Shown piece by piece: positions 11,630-21,009 of a DNA stretch of 64,000 bases. Where the stretch lies: the NCBI GenBank assembly GCA_963849325.1, contig CAWKHF010000005.1, forward strand, positions 608,001 to 672,000, in the 5' to 3' direction. Within the stretch, counting starts at the first letter, position 1. The number at the start of each line of letters is the position of its first letter. The translations under genes and the position numbers were made by a program. The notes under the pieces were generated by a model, which searched no databases, was not told the origin of the DNA, and saw only the letters and a list, made by a program, of their open reading frames with translations. Source of the DNA: an uncultured Planctomycetota bacterium. GTDB taxonomy: Bacteria; Planctomycetota; Planctomycetia; Gemmatales; Gemmataceae.

Positions 11630-12475
11630 ATGACGCCCAACGAAGCCAAACCGGGGATGTCGATGGCCGATCGGCCCAAGCGCGGAGTGCCCGAAGGGCT
11701 GTGGATTCGCTGTCCCCAGTGCAAGGCCACCATCTTCCGCAAAGAGGCCGAGGCGCGTCTGAACGTCTGTCCCGAATGCGGCTACCATTTCTACCTGCCC
11801 GCGCGCGACCGCATCGCCCAGTTGCTCGACACGGACAGCTTCGAGGAGTGGTTCACCGATCTGCGTCCCTGCGATCCGCTGGAGTTCAAGGACCGGCTGC
11901 CCTACGCCGAGCGTCTGCGGGCGGAGCAGGCCAAGACCGGCATGGCCGACGCGGCCGTGGTCGGACGCGGCTTCATCCGGGGCCGGCCGGTCGTCTTCGG
12001 CGTCACCGACTTCGCCTTCATGGCCGGCAGCATGGGTTCGGTGGTCGGCGAGAAGCTGACGCGCGCCGCCGAGGAGGCGACGCGATTGCAGTTGCCGTTG
12101 TTGTTCGTCAGCGGTTCCGGCGGCGGCGCGCGCATGCAGGAGGGCATTCTGTCGTTGATGCAGATGGCCAAGGTCTCCGCCGCCCTGGGCCGTTACGACC
12201 GCGCCGGCGGCCTGTACGTGTCGATTTTGACCAACCCGACCATGGGCGGCGTCGCCGCCAGCTTCGCCCTGCAGGGCGACATCACCCTGGCCGAGCCGGG
12301 CGCCCTGATCGGCTTCGCCGGCAAACGCACCATCTGGAACACCGTGCGCCTGGAACTGCCCGAGGGCTTTCAGACCAGCGAATTCTTGCTCGAACACGGT
12401 TTCATCGATCGCATCGTCCTGCGCAAGGACCTGCGTACCGAGGTGGCCCAGATCATCGATTACTGCGAACATTAA
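11630..12475 (+). CDS. accD: Acetyl-CoA carboxylase carboxyltransferase beta subunit
   Basis: GLWIRCPQC...VCPECGYH zinc finger, [42 protein letters not shown]. Confidence 0.95.
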   Translation: MTPNEAKPGMSMADRPKRGVPEGLWIRCPQCKATIFRKEAEARLNVCPECGYHFYLPARDRIAQLLDTDSFEEWFTDLRPCDPLEFKDRLPYAERLRAEQAKTGMADAAVVGRGFIRGRPVVFGVTDFAFMAGSMGSVVGEKLTRAAEEATRLQLPLLFVSGSGGGARMQEGILSLMQMAKVSAALGRYDRAGGLYVSILTNPTMGGVAASFALQGDITLAEPGALIGFAGKRTIWNTVRLELPEGFQTSEFLLEHGFIDRIVLRKDLRTEVAQIIDYCEH

Positions 12476-12477
12476 AA

Positions 12478-12543
12478 GGGGTCAGGGGTCAGGGTTCAGG
12501 GGTCAGCCATTCTGACCCCTGACCCCTGACCCCTGACCCCTGA
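12478..12543. repeat. Inverted pair of heptamer arrays (GGGGTCA)n/(TGACCCC)n right after the accD stop
   Basis: ggggtcaggggtcagggttcaggggtcag ... ctgacccctgacccctgacccctgacccctga. Confidence 0.85.
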
Positions 12544-12556
12544 AAGAGGTCTGGTT

Positions 12557-13425
12557 GTGAGTCTGTTTAGCTGGTTCAAGTCGAAACCCAAGAGCAATCT
12601 GCCCACGGTCGATGTGCGCAGCGCTTCGAGCTACTCAACCGAACCGGCCAGGGCAGCATGTCGAAAGTGTGGCGGGCGCGCGACAAGAGCCTCGGCTTGA
12701 CCGTCTGCCTCAAGCTGCTGGACAAGGAGAAGACGGCCAAGTTCGAGATGCGTTTCGTCGGCCTCAACAAGCCGAGAGAAGGCGCCATCTGCACGTCGCT
12801 GCGGCACAAGAACATCGTCCAGACCCTGGAATATGGAATCAGCACCGAGGGCGAGCCGTTCCTGGTCATGGAGCTGGTCGATGGCATGGGACTGAACTTC
12901 CTGATCGAGACGAAAAGCAATCAGCTGGAAGGCAACCGTATCTCGATCCTGTCGCAGATGGCCGACGCTTTGGAATACCTGCACAACCAGCACTTCCTGC
13001 ACCGCGACATCTGCCCGCGCAACGTCATGGTGACGCGCGACGGCGTCGTCAAGATGATCGACTTCGGCCTGACGATCCCGAACCGGCCGGAGTTCTGCAA
13101 GCCCGGCAATCGCACCGGCACGCCGAACTACCTGGCCCCCGAGTTGATCCGCCGTTCGACCACGGACCATCGCGTCGATCTGTTCGCCCTGGGCGTAACG
13201 GCTTACGAGGTCTACACCGGTACGCTGCCGTGGGAGAAGGCCGAGTCGTTGCAAACCCTGCTCAGCCACATGAACAGCACCGGCAAGGATCCGCGCGAAG
13301 CCTGTCCGAAGATGGACAAACGGACGGCGCAGTTCCTGCTCAAGTCGATCGAGCGCGATCCGAATCAGCGCTTCCAGAATGCGGCCGATTTCCGCGAAGC
13401 GCTGCAGCAACTGCCCAAGGCGTAA
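12557..13425 (+). CDS. Hanks-type protein kinase, kinase domain only; probable 1-nt frameshift near 12620
   Basis: GQGSMSKV, CLK, HRDICPRN, DFG, GTPNYLAPE, DLFALG. Confidence 0.88.
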
Positions 13426-13449
13426 GTGTGGGCAGCCGCTCGCGGCTAA

Positions 13450-13562
13450 GAGTCTGTCCCCTACGGGTTGTGGCGGCACGTTTTCAACGTGCCGATCTGC
13501 TGGATTCTCCGGCCCTCCGGCACGTTGGAAACGTGCCGCCACAACCCGTAGGGGACAGACTC
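13450..13562. mobile_element. MITE-like palindromic element (GAGTCTGTCCC...GGGACAGACTC) with GGCACGTTTTCAACGTGCC core, nested in another hairpin
   Basis: About 33-bp perfect terminal arms flanked by TAA/TTA; core shared with 55487-55576. Confidence 0.65.
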
Positions 13563-13589
13563 TTAGCGCTGAGCCGCAAGCGGCTGATC

Positions 13590-15571
13590 TCAGCGCGTCG
13601 CCTCTTTCTCCAGGCGCGCGAAGGCGTCGGTCAGTCGGCCCAAGCGCGGCAGGAAGGGTTGCGCGGCCTCGACGGCGCGGAGGGCTTCGGTGCGGTTGCC
13701 TTCGTGGAACGCTTGCTCGCCGACGGTCAACAACCAGTCGAGACGGCGGTTCAACTCGGTCTCGCCGGCCGGACGTGTGAGCAGTTCGCGCACCAGCGGC
13801 GCGGCGGCGGACCACTTGCCCAGTTCGAGCTGCGCCTGCACGAAGATCTCCTGCGCCGGCACGACCAGGTCCTTGCGCCGCGGCTGTTCCTGCCATCGCG
13901 TGACGACCTCGCCGAGCATCTGCAAGCGGCGCGGCCCTTGCCGAGCGGCAGTCAGGGTACGGTCCCACTCCTGGAGCAACGGCAACTGGCCGGTTCGCGC
14001 CAGAATGTCCACGAAGGCCGTCCAGGCCTTCTCCTGGACGCGGCCATCTTCGCCGGCCAGCACGACGCGCCACAGCGCCGCCATCCGCGCCGGCGGCGCG
14101 CACTCGCCGAGCACGGTCGCGGCCCGGCTGCGCACGCCCGGATCGCTGTCGCGCAGCAGCAATTCCTCCAGACGCGCCAGCAATTTGTTCCGCTGCTCTT
14201 CGGAGAGACTCGCCCCGTCGCCGGCGGCGTGGGCCAGCGCTCCCACCAGATTGAAGCGCACCGTGGCGCAGGAGTCGTCCAGGGCGGCGAGCAAGCCGGG
14301 CAGCACGGACGGCTCGGCGACGCGCTCCAGCGCTTGCGCCGCCGCCTGCCGTACCGGCCCGGACGAATGGCGCAGCAGGCCGGTGAGCACGGGACCGGCC
14401 TCCAGGGCGCCCGAGCGCTCCGAGGTCTTCGGCCGCCTCGACCACCACTTCCAGGGCGGGATCGTCGAGTGCCTGTTGCAGAAGCGGCATGACCTGCTTG
14501 CGCCGCGCCGGGCCCTCGCCCTCGCGGCTCCGTGCGTGCAGGGCAAGGGAGTGCAGGGCGGCGGTACGCACGGCCGGAGCGTCGGCGTGCGTCAGCCGTT
14601 GCAGCCGCTCGAAGACGTCGGCTTCGTTGATGCCGCCGAGACCCAGCACCGCCGCCTGTTGCACTTGCACGGCGCTGTCGTGACTCAGTTGCAGCAGCAC
14701 CCGGGTGAGCTGGCGCTTGTGGGCCGTCTCCGCGGCCGGCAGCAGTTCGACGCTCCAGTTCACCACCAGGGTGCGCACCGCCGGGTCGTCCTGCTCCAGC
14801 AGCGATTGAAGGTGGCTGACGCGCTCGGCCCCGGACAGCCGGCCGTACAGCTGCTGCTGCAAGCGCAGCACCTCGGCGCGCGATCGGGCCAGGTCGCCCT
14901 CCAGGCGGTAGGCGCGGCTGGTCTGGTAGGCCAGGCGCGCCTCCAGCCAGCCTTCGTCCGTCAGATGCTGATGGCGTTGCCACCAATCCTGCCAGCGTGG
15001 GACGTTCGAGTCCGTAGTCCTGCCCGCTCAGATCGTGCAGGGCCGAGGCGGCGGCGCGGCGCAAGCGTTCGTCGCCGTCGTCCAGGTGGTCGAGCAGGGC
15101 GCGGGCGGCTCGTTTGCTGCCGCAGCGGCCCAGCGTCCACAAGGCGCTCTGCCGCACGGGCGGCTCCGCGTCTCGATCCGCGGCCAGTTGGCGCAGCCGG
15201 CTCACGAGGCGGGCATCCGGCAGCACGGCGAGCGTCTGCGCCGCCGCCTCGCGGATGGTCGGCCGCCGGGCGGACAGGGCCGCCAACAACTCATCGAGGA
15301 AGCGGCGGTCCTGGCGCAGGCGCACAGCGGCGGCGAGGGCGAGGAAGACCTCCACGTTTTCGATGCCGCGCAGGCCGTCGCGCACGGTCTTTTCGGCCCC
15401 GTCCAGCGTACCCTGCACCAGCAGCAGAGCGGCCTGGCTCTGGCCGTGCGCGTTCTGGTGGTCGTAAAGCATCTCGTGCAGATGAGCCAGGTCCGGGTCC
15501 GGCGGGGCGGCCGCGCCGCCTTCGCCGAGCAGCATCCCCAGGCCGAGCAAGACGGGTGGAATGGCTTGCAT
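13590..15571 (-). CDS. HEAT-repeat protein with signal-like N-terminus; frameshifted
   Basis: Repeated DPAVR/DPGVRSRAATVLG/VRQAAAQALE units across ORFs 13952..15661, 12631..14871 and 13590..14546. Confidence 0.75.
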
Positions 15572-15822
15572 GCGCTGGTCCCCCAAGGAAAGATGGATGT
15601 GCTGCTTTTGCCGGATCGTGGTGGGCCGGGCGAACATACCGGCTCCGTCGGAAAATGACAAGGTGACAAGGTGACAAGGCGGGGTCGTACAAAAGTCCTC
15701 TGGCCTTCCGCGCCGTCATTTGGGTATGGACAGAGGCGGCAGCCGACATCCGCTCGGCATCTCGTTTGCTTCCTCAAAAAACCAACGTTGAACGGAAACC
15801 CAGGATCTCGACGCAGGCAGCC

Positions 15823-17470
15823 ATGACGACGCACGAGGAAATGGCGTTCCCCGCCGACCGCCGGCTACGCATCTGGGTTCGCCCCTCGCTGGTGCTTCTG
15901 TTCGTCGTCCTCGCCGTGGCCCCGGTAATCGTGGCCTGGATCCAGTATCTCGTCTTCGGTCTGCCGCACTTGAGCGGCCGCCACGACCCCGCCGAGCCGG
16001 GACCGCACGGCTTCCCGGTTTGGCTCCGCTACGCCCACTACTTCAATCTCCTGTTCATGGTCCTCATCATCCGGGCCGGCCTTTCGATCCTGATGGACCA
16101 CCCGCGCCTGTACTGGAACGTCCACTGCACGCCCGGCTCGGAGTGGATTCGCTTCACGCCCCTGCGAGTGCCGACCGATCGCGTGTGGACGGCCAAGGAC
16201 GACGCTCGCTATCTTTCGCCGTGGCTGGGCCTGCCCGGCGGCCGGCACACCGTCGGCATGGCCCGGCACTGGCACTTCCTCTCCGTCCTGTTCTGGCTCG
16301 TCAACGGGTTTCTCTTCGTCATTCTGCTGTTCGCCACGGGACAGTGGCGGCGCATCCTGCCCTCCGATGCACGCATTTTTCCCGAGGCGTGGTCGGTCTT
16401 CGTCCACTATGCCACCTTCCACATGCCGCCCGAGCCGGACGGTTACTTCCGCTACAATTCGCTGCAACACCTGGCTTACGGCTCGGTGGTGTTCCTGCTG
16501 GCCCCGTTGTCGATCCTGACCGGCCTGGCCATGTCGCCGGCCGTGGGCAACCATTTCCCCTGGTATCCACGCCTGTTCGGCAACCGCCAGTGCGCCCGCT
16601 CGATCCACTTTCTGCTGCTACTGGGCTATCTCGGCTTCATCACTGTCCATGTCCTCATGGTGGTCATCACCGACCTGCCGCGAAACATGGACCACATCGT
16701 CCTGGGCACCGACGGCACTAGCCACGAAGGGCTGTTGCTCGGCGCCGTGGGCATCGCGGTAATCCTCTTCGCCTGCTATGCGGCGCACTGGTTGTCGTGG
16801 CACCGTCCGCGGGCCGTGCAGTACGTCATTCGTTCGGTCATCGAAGGACTGATGCGGCTGTTCATCAACCCGCTGGCGCCTCGCGCGCCAGTACACTCGG
16901 AAGGACATTTCGCCGTTTTTCTGGCCCAACGGCAAGATGCCCACCAGCGACGAGTGGAAGCAGCTGGCCGACAAGGATTTCCGCGATTATCGTCTGTGCG
17001 TCGGCGGGCTGGTCGAGAAGCCGGTTGAGCTGTCGCTGGCGGAAATCAAGGCGCTGGGCAAGCGCGAGCAAATCACGACACACCACTGCATCCAGGGCTG
17101 GACGGGCATCGCCGAATGGGGCGGTCTGCCGCTGTCGAAGCTCGTCGAGCTGGTTCGACCGAAACCGGAAGCGAAATGGGTGGTCTTCCACTCCTTCGGC
17201 GAGGGGCTGTACGGCGGCGAGTATTACGATTGCCACACTCTCGAAAACGTACTCCATCCGCAAAGCCTCTTGGCCTACGAGATGAACTACCAGCCGCTCA
17301 ACCATCTGCACGGTGCCCCGTTACGGCTGCGCATTGAGAACCAACTCGGCTACAAGCAGGTGAAGTGGATTCGTGCCATCGAGTTCGTCGCCGACATCAA
17401 ACACGTGGGCAAGGGCCACGGCGGCAAGAACGAGGACGATGAGTATTATGACCTCATCGCCAACATTTAG
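15823..17470 (+). CDS. Cytochrome b-like membrane domain fused to a sulfite-oxidase/MsrP-type molybdopterin domain; frameshift near 16890
   Basis: RYAHYFN, ARHWHF, YNSLQHLAY, ARSIHF; C-part HHCIQGW, HGAPLRLR, GYKQVKWI. Confidence 0.85.
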
Positions 17471-17486
17471 CTGAGGACGTACAGAC

Positions 17487-17786
17487 TCATGGCGCGTCGG
17501 CGTCCTCGTCTACTTTCTTGCGGTATTCCTCGATGGACCGTTTCCAGTCCTCGATCCAGGGATCGCCCTTGAACATGCCGGCGAAGGCCATCCACGGATG
17601 CGGGGCCACTCCGACCTCAAGCCCCACTAGCTCCGCTCCTTTCTTGAGGCGGCCCTCAATTTTGGCGCGCAGCTTGGCCAGCGCCTCCACGCGGGTGGCG
17701 CCTTTGGCACCGACCGCGAACGGTCCCATGCTTCGGGCTCGGTAGCCATTCCTCGCAAGAGGTTCGATCAGGACAGGAATCTGCAT
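17487..17786 (-). CDS. HicB-like/antitoxin-type small protein
   Basis: MQIPVLIEP...GYRA...GATRVEALAKLR (HicB-like fold) and HPWMAFAGMF tail; stop overlaps ATG of a VapC-like stub MSLYVL. Confidence 0.6.
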   Translation of the reverse strand: MQIPVLIEPLARNGYRARSMGPFAVGAKGATRVEALAKLRAKIEGRLKKGAELVGLEVGVAPHPWMAFAGMFKGDPWIEDWKRSIEEYRKKVDEDADAP

Positions 17787-17825
17787 GGCTCGTTCTCCCA
17801 GGGGTTCGAGTGGTCCCGTCTCATT

Positions 17826-18041
17826 CTATCGCGCGGCTCCGTCACTCGCGGACAAGGCAAATTCGATCGCGTGAGGCGCCTTGACCTGTTTGGAGGCATC
17901 CAGCAGTTCGATGGAAACGAGTCGGCCGGCTTTGTCGTAATCGAGGATGAAGCCGGGATCCGACTCGTCGCTTTCGGCCACCTTGCCAGGGCGCAGGATG
18001 ATCGAGAGCGTGTCGGTTTCTTTGTCGTAGATGATTTTCAC
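17826..18041 (-). CDS. DUF2283 family protein (antitoxin-like)
   Basis: KIIYDKETDTLSIIL...ESDE...ILDYDKAGRLVSIELLDAS. Confidence 0.88.
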   Translation of the reverse strand: MKIIYDKETDTLSIILRPGKVAESDESDPGFILDYDKAGRLVSIELLDASKQVKAPHAIEFALSASDGAAR

Positions 18042-18148
18042 GGCGTTCTCCCGTACTTGGCGACGCTGCTGGTTTAGGTGCGGCTCGTCGGAGTGCTTCC
18101 TCTTGATCCACTTGAAGCCTTCGTACTTCGTAATGGCGGCCGATTCTC

Positions 18149-18387
18149 TTATGCTTCCCGATAAGGCGCAAGAAATCGTGGCGAGAGATGTTGGCCTGCG
18201 TGCAGATGGCTCGCAGCGTCGAGCCTTTGAGCCGCCGGTGATTCGGCATGGTCAAGGGCGTCTGGGTGCCATCGGCATTGTCTCGTACCATCGAGATGTG
18301 CTCCTGCTCGCGGACCAACCGGAAGCCCAGGCTTTCGAGCGCCTTCACCACGCGCTGCTTGGGAGCATCTCGGGGAAATTTCGCCAT
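18149..18387 (-). CDS. hicA: HicA-family toxin; likely true stop at 18149 hidden by a 1-nt deletion
   Basis: VVKALESLGFRLVREQEHISM...MPNHRRLKGSTLRAICTQA. Confidence 0.8.
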
Positions 18388-18653
18388 TACATCGTCACCT
18401 CCGCCTCGGCGACGAACGCCTCCAGCACGGGTGATTCGACGTCCAGCACCTGCTTTCCAAAGGTCTCGATGTGGAAGCGAATGGCGGATTTCACGTCGGC
18501 CATCGCTTGCTCATAGCTGTCGCCTTCGCCAACCACCACGCTCTTCAGTCCCAGCGGATAAGCCACATAGCCATCCGCGTGCTTCTCGACAATGATCTTG
18601 ACCGCCTCCACCGGCGTCCGCTTGTCTCGCTTATTGGATTTGCGTTTGTTCAT
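18387..18653 (-). CDS. hicB: HicB-family antitoxin
   Basis: IIVEKHADGYVAYPLGL...GEGDSYEQAMADVKSAIRFHIE; abuts hicA. Confidence 0.8.
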   Translation of the reverse strand: MNKRKSNKRDKRTPVEAVKIIVEKHADGYVAYPLGLKSVVVGEGDSYEQAMADVKSAIRFHIETFGKQVLDVESPVLEAFVAEAEVTM

Positions 18654-18748
18654 GCGATTTCCTCCACAATCCAAAAACCCTCAGCCGTTAGCCCGTACAG
18701 ATTGTACACCAGCGGGTCAATCAGGTGGTCGGCGGCGTTGATTTGGCG
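18650..18748 (-). pseudogene. Degenerate 3'-end fragment of a type IIG restriction-modification gene
   Basis: Translates RQINAADHLIDPLVYNLYGLTAEGFWIVEEIA*, homologous to RQIDATDRQIEQLVYELYGLTDEEIQIFE at about 20470-20558; its TGA overlaps the hicB ATG. Confidence 0.8.
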
Positions 18749-18802
18749 CCTGTCGCTTTTACATATTCTGATATTTTACTATTCAGGTGTACTGTACAGG
18801 CG

Positions 18803-18831
18803 TTGACTTATTAGAAGGCCAAAGGTAGAAT
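18803..18831 (+). promoter_or_regulatory. Near-consensus sigma70 promoter upstream of the cyclase operon
   Basis: TTGACT-17 bp-TAGAAT. Confidence 0.65.
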
Positions 18832-19072
18832 CAACACATGAGTTTCTGGTTGGAGGCTGGAACGATGTTGGGGTTCTTCATTCAACGCAACAGGTTTATC
18901 GAGGGCGGTTCAACCTGAGTTGGCGCGAGCGAATCGAGCAGGAACTCCGCGCATACTTCGACCCGACCTGTGGCAAGCAGTAATCATCGAACCCCCCGAC
19001 GCTGAAGCGAGTGGGGGCGTCGTTTTTTCTGGATAAGTCCCTGGCCTTTTCCGACCCAGAAAGAGTTCGCCG

Positions 19073-19855
19073 ATGCCCATCGCCTTGATTGCTGATCTCC
19101 TTAACTTCGCACAGAATTGCCTTAACGAGGCGGAGAAAGCTGCCAAGGCAATTCACCTTTCCACCTTCCGCGAGTCGGTAGATACTGTGAAAAACTACCG
19201 GGCGCGCCTGCTCGCCGATGAACCCGGCTACTCGGAAGTCAAGACTTTCCGGGGAATGCGTGCATGGGGTGCACTGCTTGCGTTCGACTTGCGCAAGTCC
19301 AGTGCGCGGGCATTGGAGTTGGGACCGCGAGATACGTACCTGACAATGCATACATACTTGCCTACGATGCTGTCTCTCATCAGTAGCGCGGGCGGAATCG
19401 TGGTGGGGTTGCGGGGAGATGGTGCGATCACCTGCTTCGGGCTAGTTGACCAGTCCGAGGGAGAACCAAAGGTAAGCAGCGAACAGGCAGCCAAGGCCGT
19501 GCGGCAAGCATGTCGGTGCGGTGACGCGATGGTTAAGGCCATCGATCTGGTGGTGAACAAGGTGCTCGTGGCGGCTGATATTCGCGGCGGCTTACAACTC
19601 GGTGTTGGCATTGATGTAGGTAATATTGTCGCCACCAACATTGGACTAGGGAGTGCCAGTGAACTCACTGCATATGGAGATTGCGTCAACAAATGCTGCA
19701 AGCGCAGCTGCGCAAATAACGGCGTCATCCTGACGCTCGCCGCCAAACGAATGTTCCCAAAATCAGAAGGAGGAAAAACCGCATTCCACCGCTACAAGGA
19801 CGAATCCGATGCTTTTTTGCTCCGTTATCCGACCACTTACAAAACGCTTGGTTAA
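19073..19855 (+). CDS. Class III nucleotide cyclase, Pycsar PycC-like
   Basis: AFDLRKSS and LRGDG (metal-binding Asp pair), GVGIDVG, AYGDCVNKCCK; directly upstream of a DUF5706-like effector; lower GC. Confidence 0.8.
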   Translation: MPIALIADLLNFAQNCLNEAEKAAKAIHLSTFRESVDTVKNYRARLLADEPGYSEVKTFRGMRAWGALLAFDLRKSSARALELGPRDTYLTMHTYLPTMLSLISSAGGIVVGLRGDGAITCFGLVDQSEGEPKVSSEQAAKAVRQACRCGDAMVKAIDLVVNKVLVAADIRGGLQLGVGIDVGNIVATNIGLGSASELTAYGDCVNKCCKRSCANNGVILTLAAKRMFPKSEGGKTAFHRYKDESDAFLLRYPTTYKTLG

Positions 19856-19892
19856 GCTTTAGCATTTAGCAGTCCTATTTTGGAGAGCACAG

Positions 19893-20429
19893 ATGAGTAA
19901 CGCCGTGGCTGAGCCGAACCTTCAGGCGCACCAACTCGACTTCGCCTGGAAAACTCACGAATATATCAATAACTACATTCGTTTTGCCGATACAAAGGCT
20001 GCGCTCATTATCGCCTGGAGTTCTGCGATTCTGGGCACACTTTACGTTGGCCGTCTCCATGAGGCGGTTATGCAGAGCCACTTCACGTTTAAAGGTATTT
20101 CCTGGGCAACAACGCTAGCGACGCTGGCGTTCCCTCTCTTGGGCGTATCGTTTCTCGCCGCAGCATGGTCAATCATCCCTCGCCTTCCGACGAAACAATT
20201 GAGCGGGTTGGTTTTCTGGGAAAGTATTCTGGTGCATGCGAGTGGCGATTTGTATGCAAACGAGCTCGGGAGGAATGACACTAACCAACTCACCCGTCAT
20301 CTCTGCCTTCAGATCCACACAGTCGCTGCCGTGGCTCGGAAAAAGTATTTGTGTATTACACTCAGCATGTGGATCGCTTTATCCGGGACGATCCTCGGCA
20401 TTCTCTCGATCCTGATCAAAGCTGCCTGA
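19893..20429 (+). CDS. Pycsar transmembrane effector (DUF5706/PycTM-like)
   Basis: YINNYIRFADTKAALII, IIPRL, LVFWESI, VARKKY and three hydrophobic segments. Confidence 0.85.
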   Translation: MSNAVAEPNLQAHQLDFAWKTHEYINNYIRFADTKAALIIAWSSAILGTLYVGRLHEAVMQSHFTFKGISWATTLATLAFPLLGVSFLAAAWSIIPRLPTKQLSGLVFWESILVHASGDLYANELGRNDTNQLTRHLCLQIHTVAAVARKKYLCITLSMWIALSGTILGILSILIKAA

Positions 20430-20456
20430 ACAGGGTAAAAGCCGTGAAAGCGCGAA

Positions 20457-21007
20457 TCACGGCTTGGTGGCTTCGAAGATCTGGATTTCTTCATCGGTCA
20501 AGCCGTACAACTCGTAGACCAGTTGTTCAATCTGACGATCCGTGGCGTCGATCTGGCGTTTGACGACGGTTTGGTTCTGCGGCGTCTTGGCGGCGGTGAA
20601 TTGTTGCGGCAATCGTAGACGGCGAACTCCTCGAAGTCGGTGAGGACCGACAGCGGCAGTTTGCCGGTCCAGGCGTAGCGGCGGAGCTGGTAGGCGGGGG
20701 CGGGATCGTCCTTCAAGTTGACGGAGGGCCGCTTGGCTTCGAGGAAGAACTTGGGCGTGCCGCCGACGCGGAAGCAGTAGTCGGGGGCCTTGGTGGCGCC
20801 GCCGATCTTGATGGCGGCCTCGTGGATGACGTCCTTGTAGGCTTCGGCGTAGCCCTGCTCGTTGTCCATGTCCCAGCCGAGGGACTTGAAGAAGGGATTG
20901 ATAAACTCCTGGCGGACCTGCGCCTCGTTGTAATGGGGCGAATGGTAGGCGTCGGCGTTGCGGCGGAAGAGATCGATCAGTTCGAGGACTTTCTGCGGAG
21001 CACTCAT
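20457..21007 (-). pseudogene. Type IIG (Eco57I/TaqI-like) RM gene remnant: endonuclease N-domain joined to the extreme C-terminus
   Basis: YNEAQVRQEFINPFF..LGWD, PDY...LEAK, QLRRYAW, LTDFEEFAVYDCR, then (other frame) RQIDATDRQIEQLVYELYGLT; no methyltransferase motifs between. Confidence 0.85.
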
Positions 21008-21009
21008 CG

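Noticed and set aside
17842-18387. 181-aa extended HicA
   Set aside because: The extension overlaps the DUF2283 gene out of frame; restoring one base gives a normal-length HicA ending at 18149.
17470-21007. Classical integron or IS-bounded island
   Set aside because: No tyrosine recombinase, attC-like sites or transposase were recognised; the only repeats are the RM tails.
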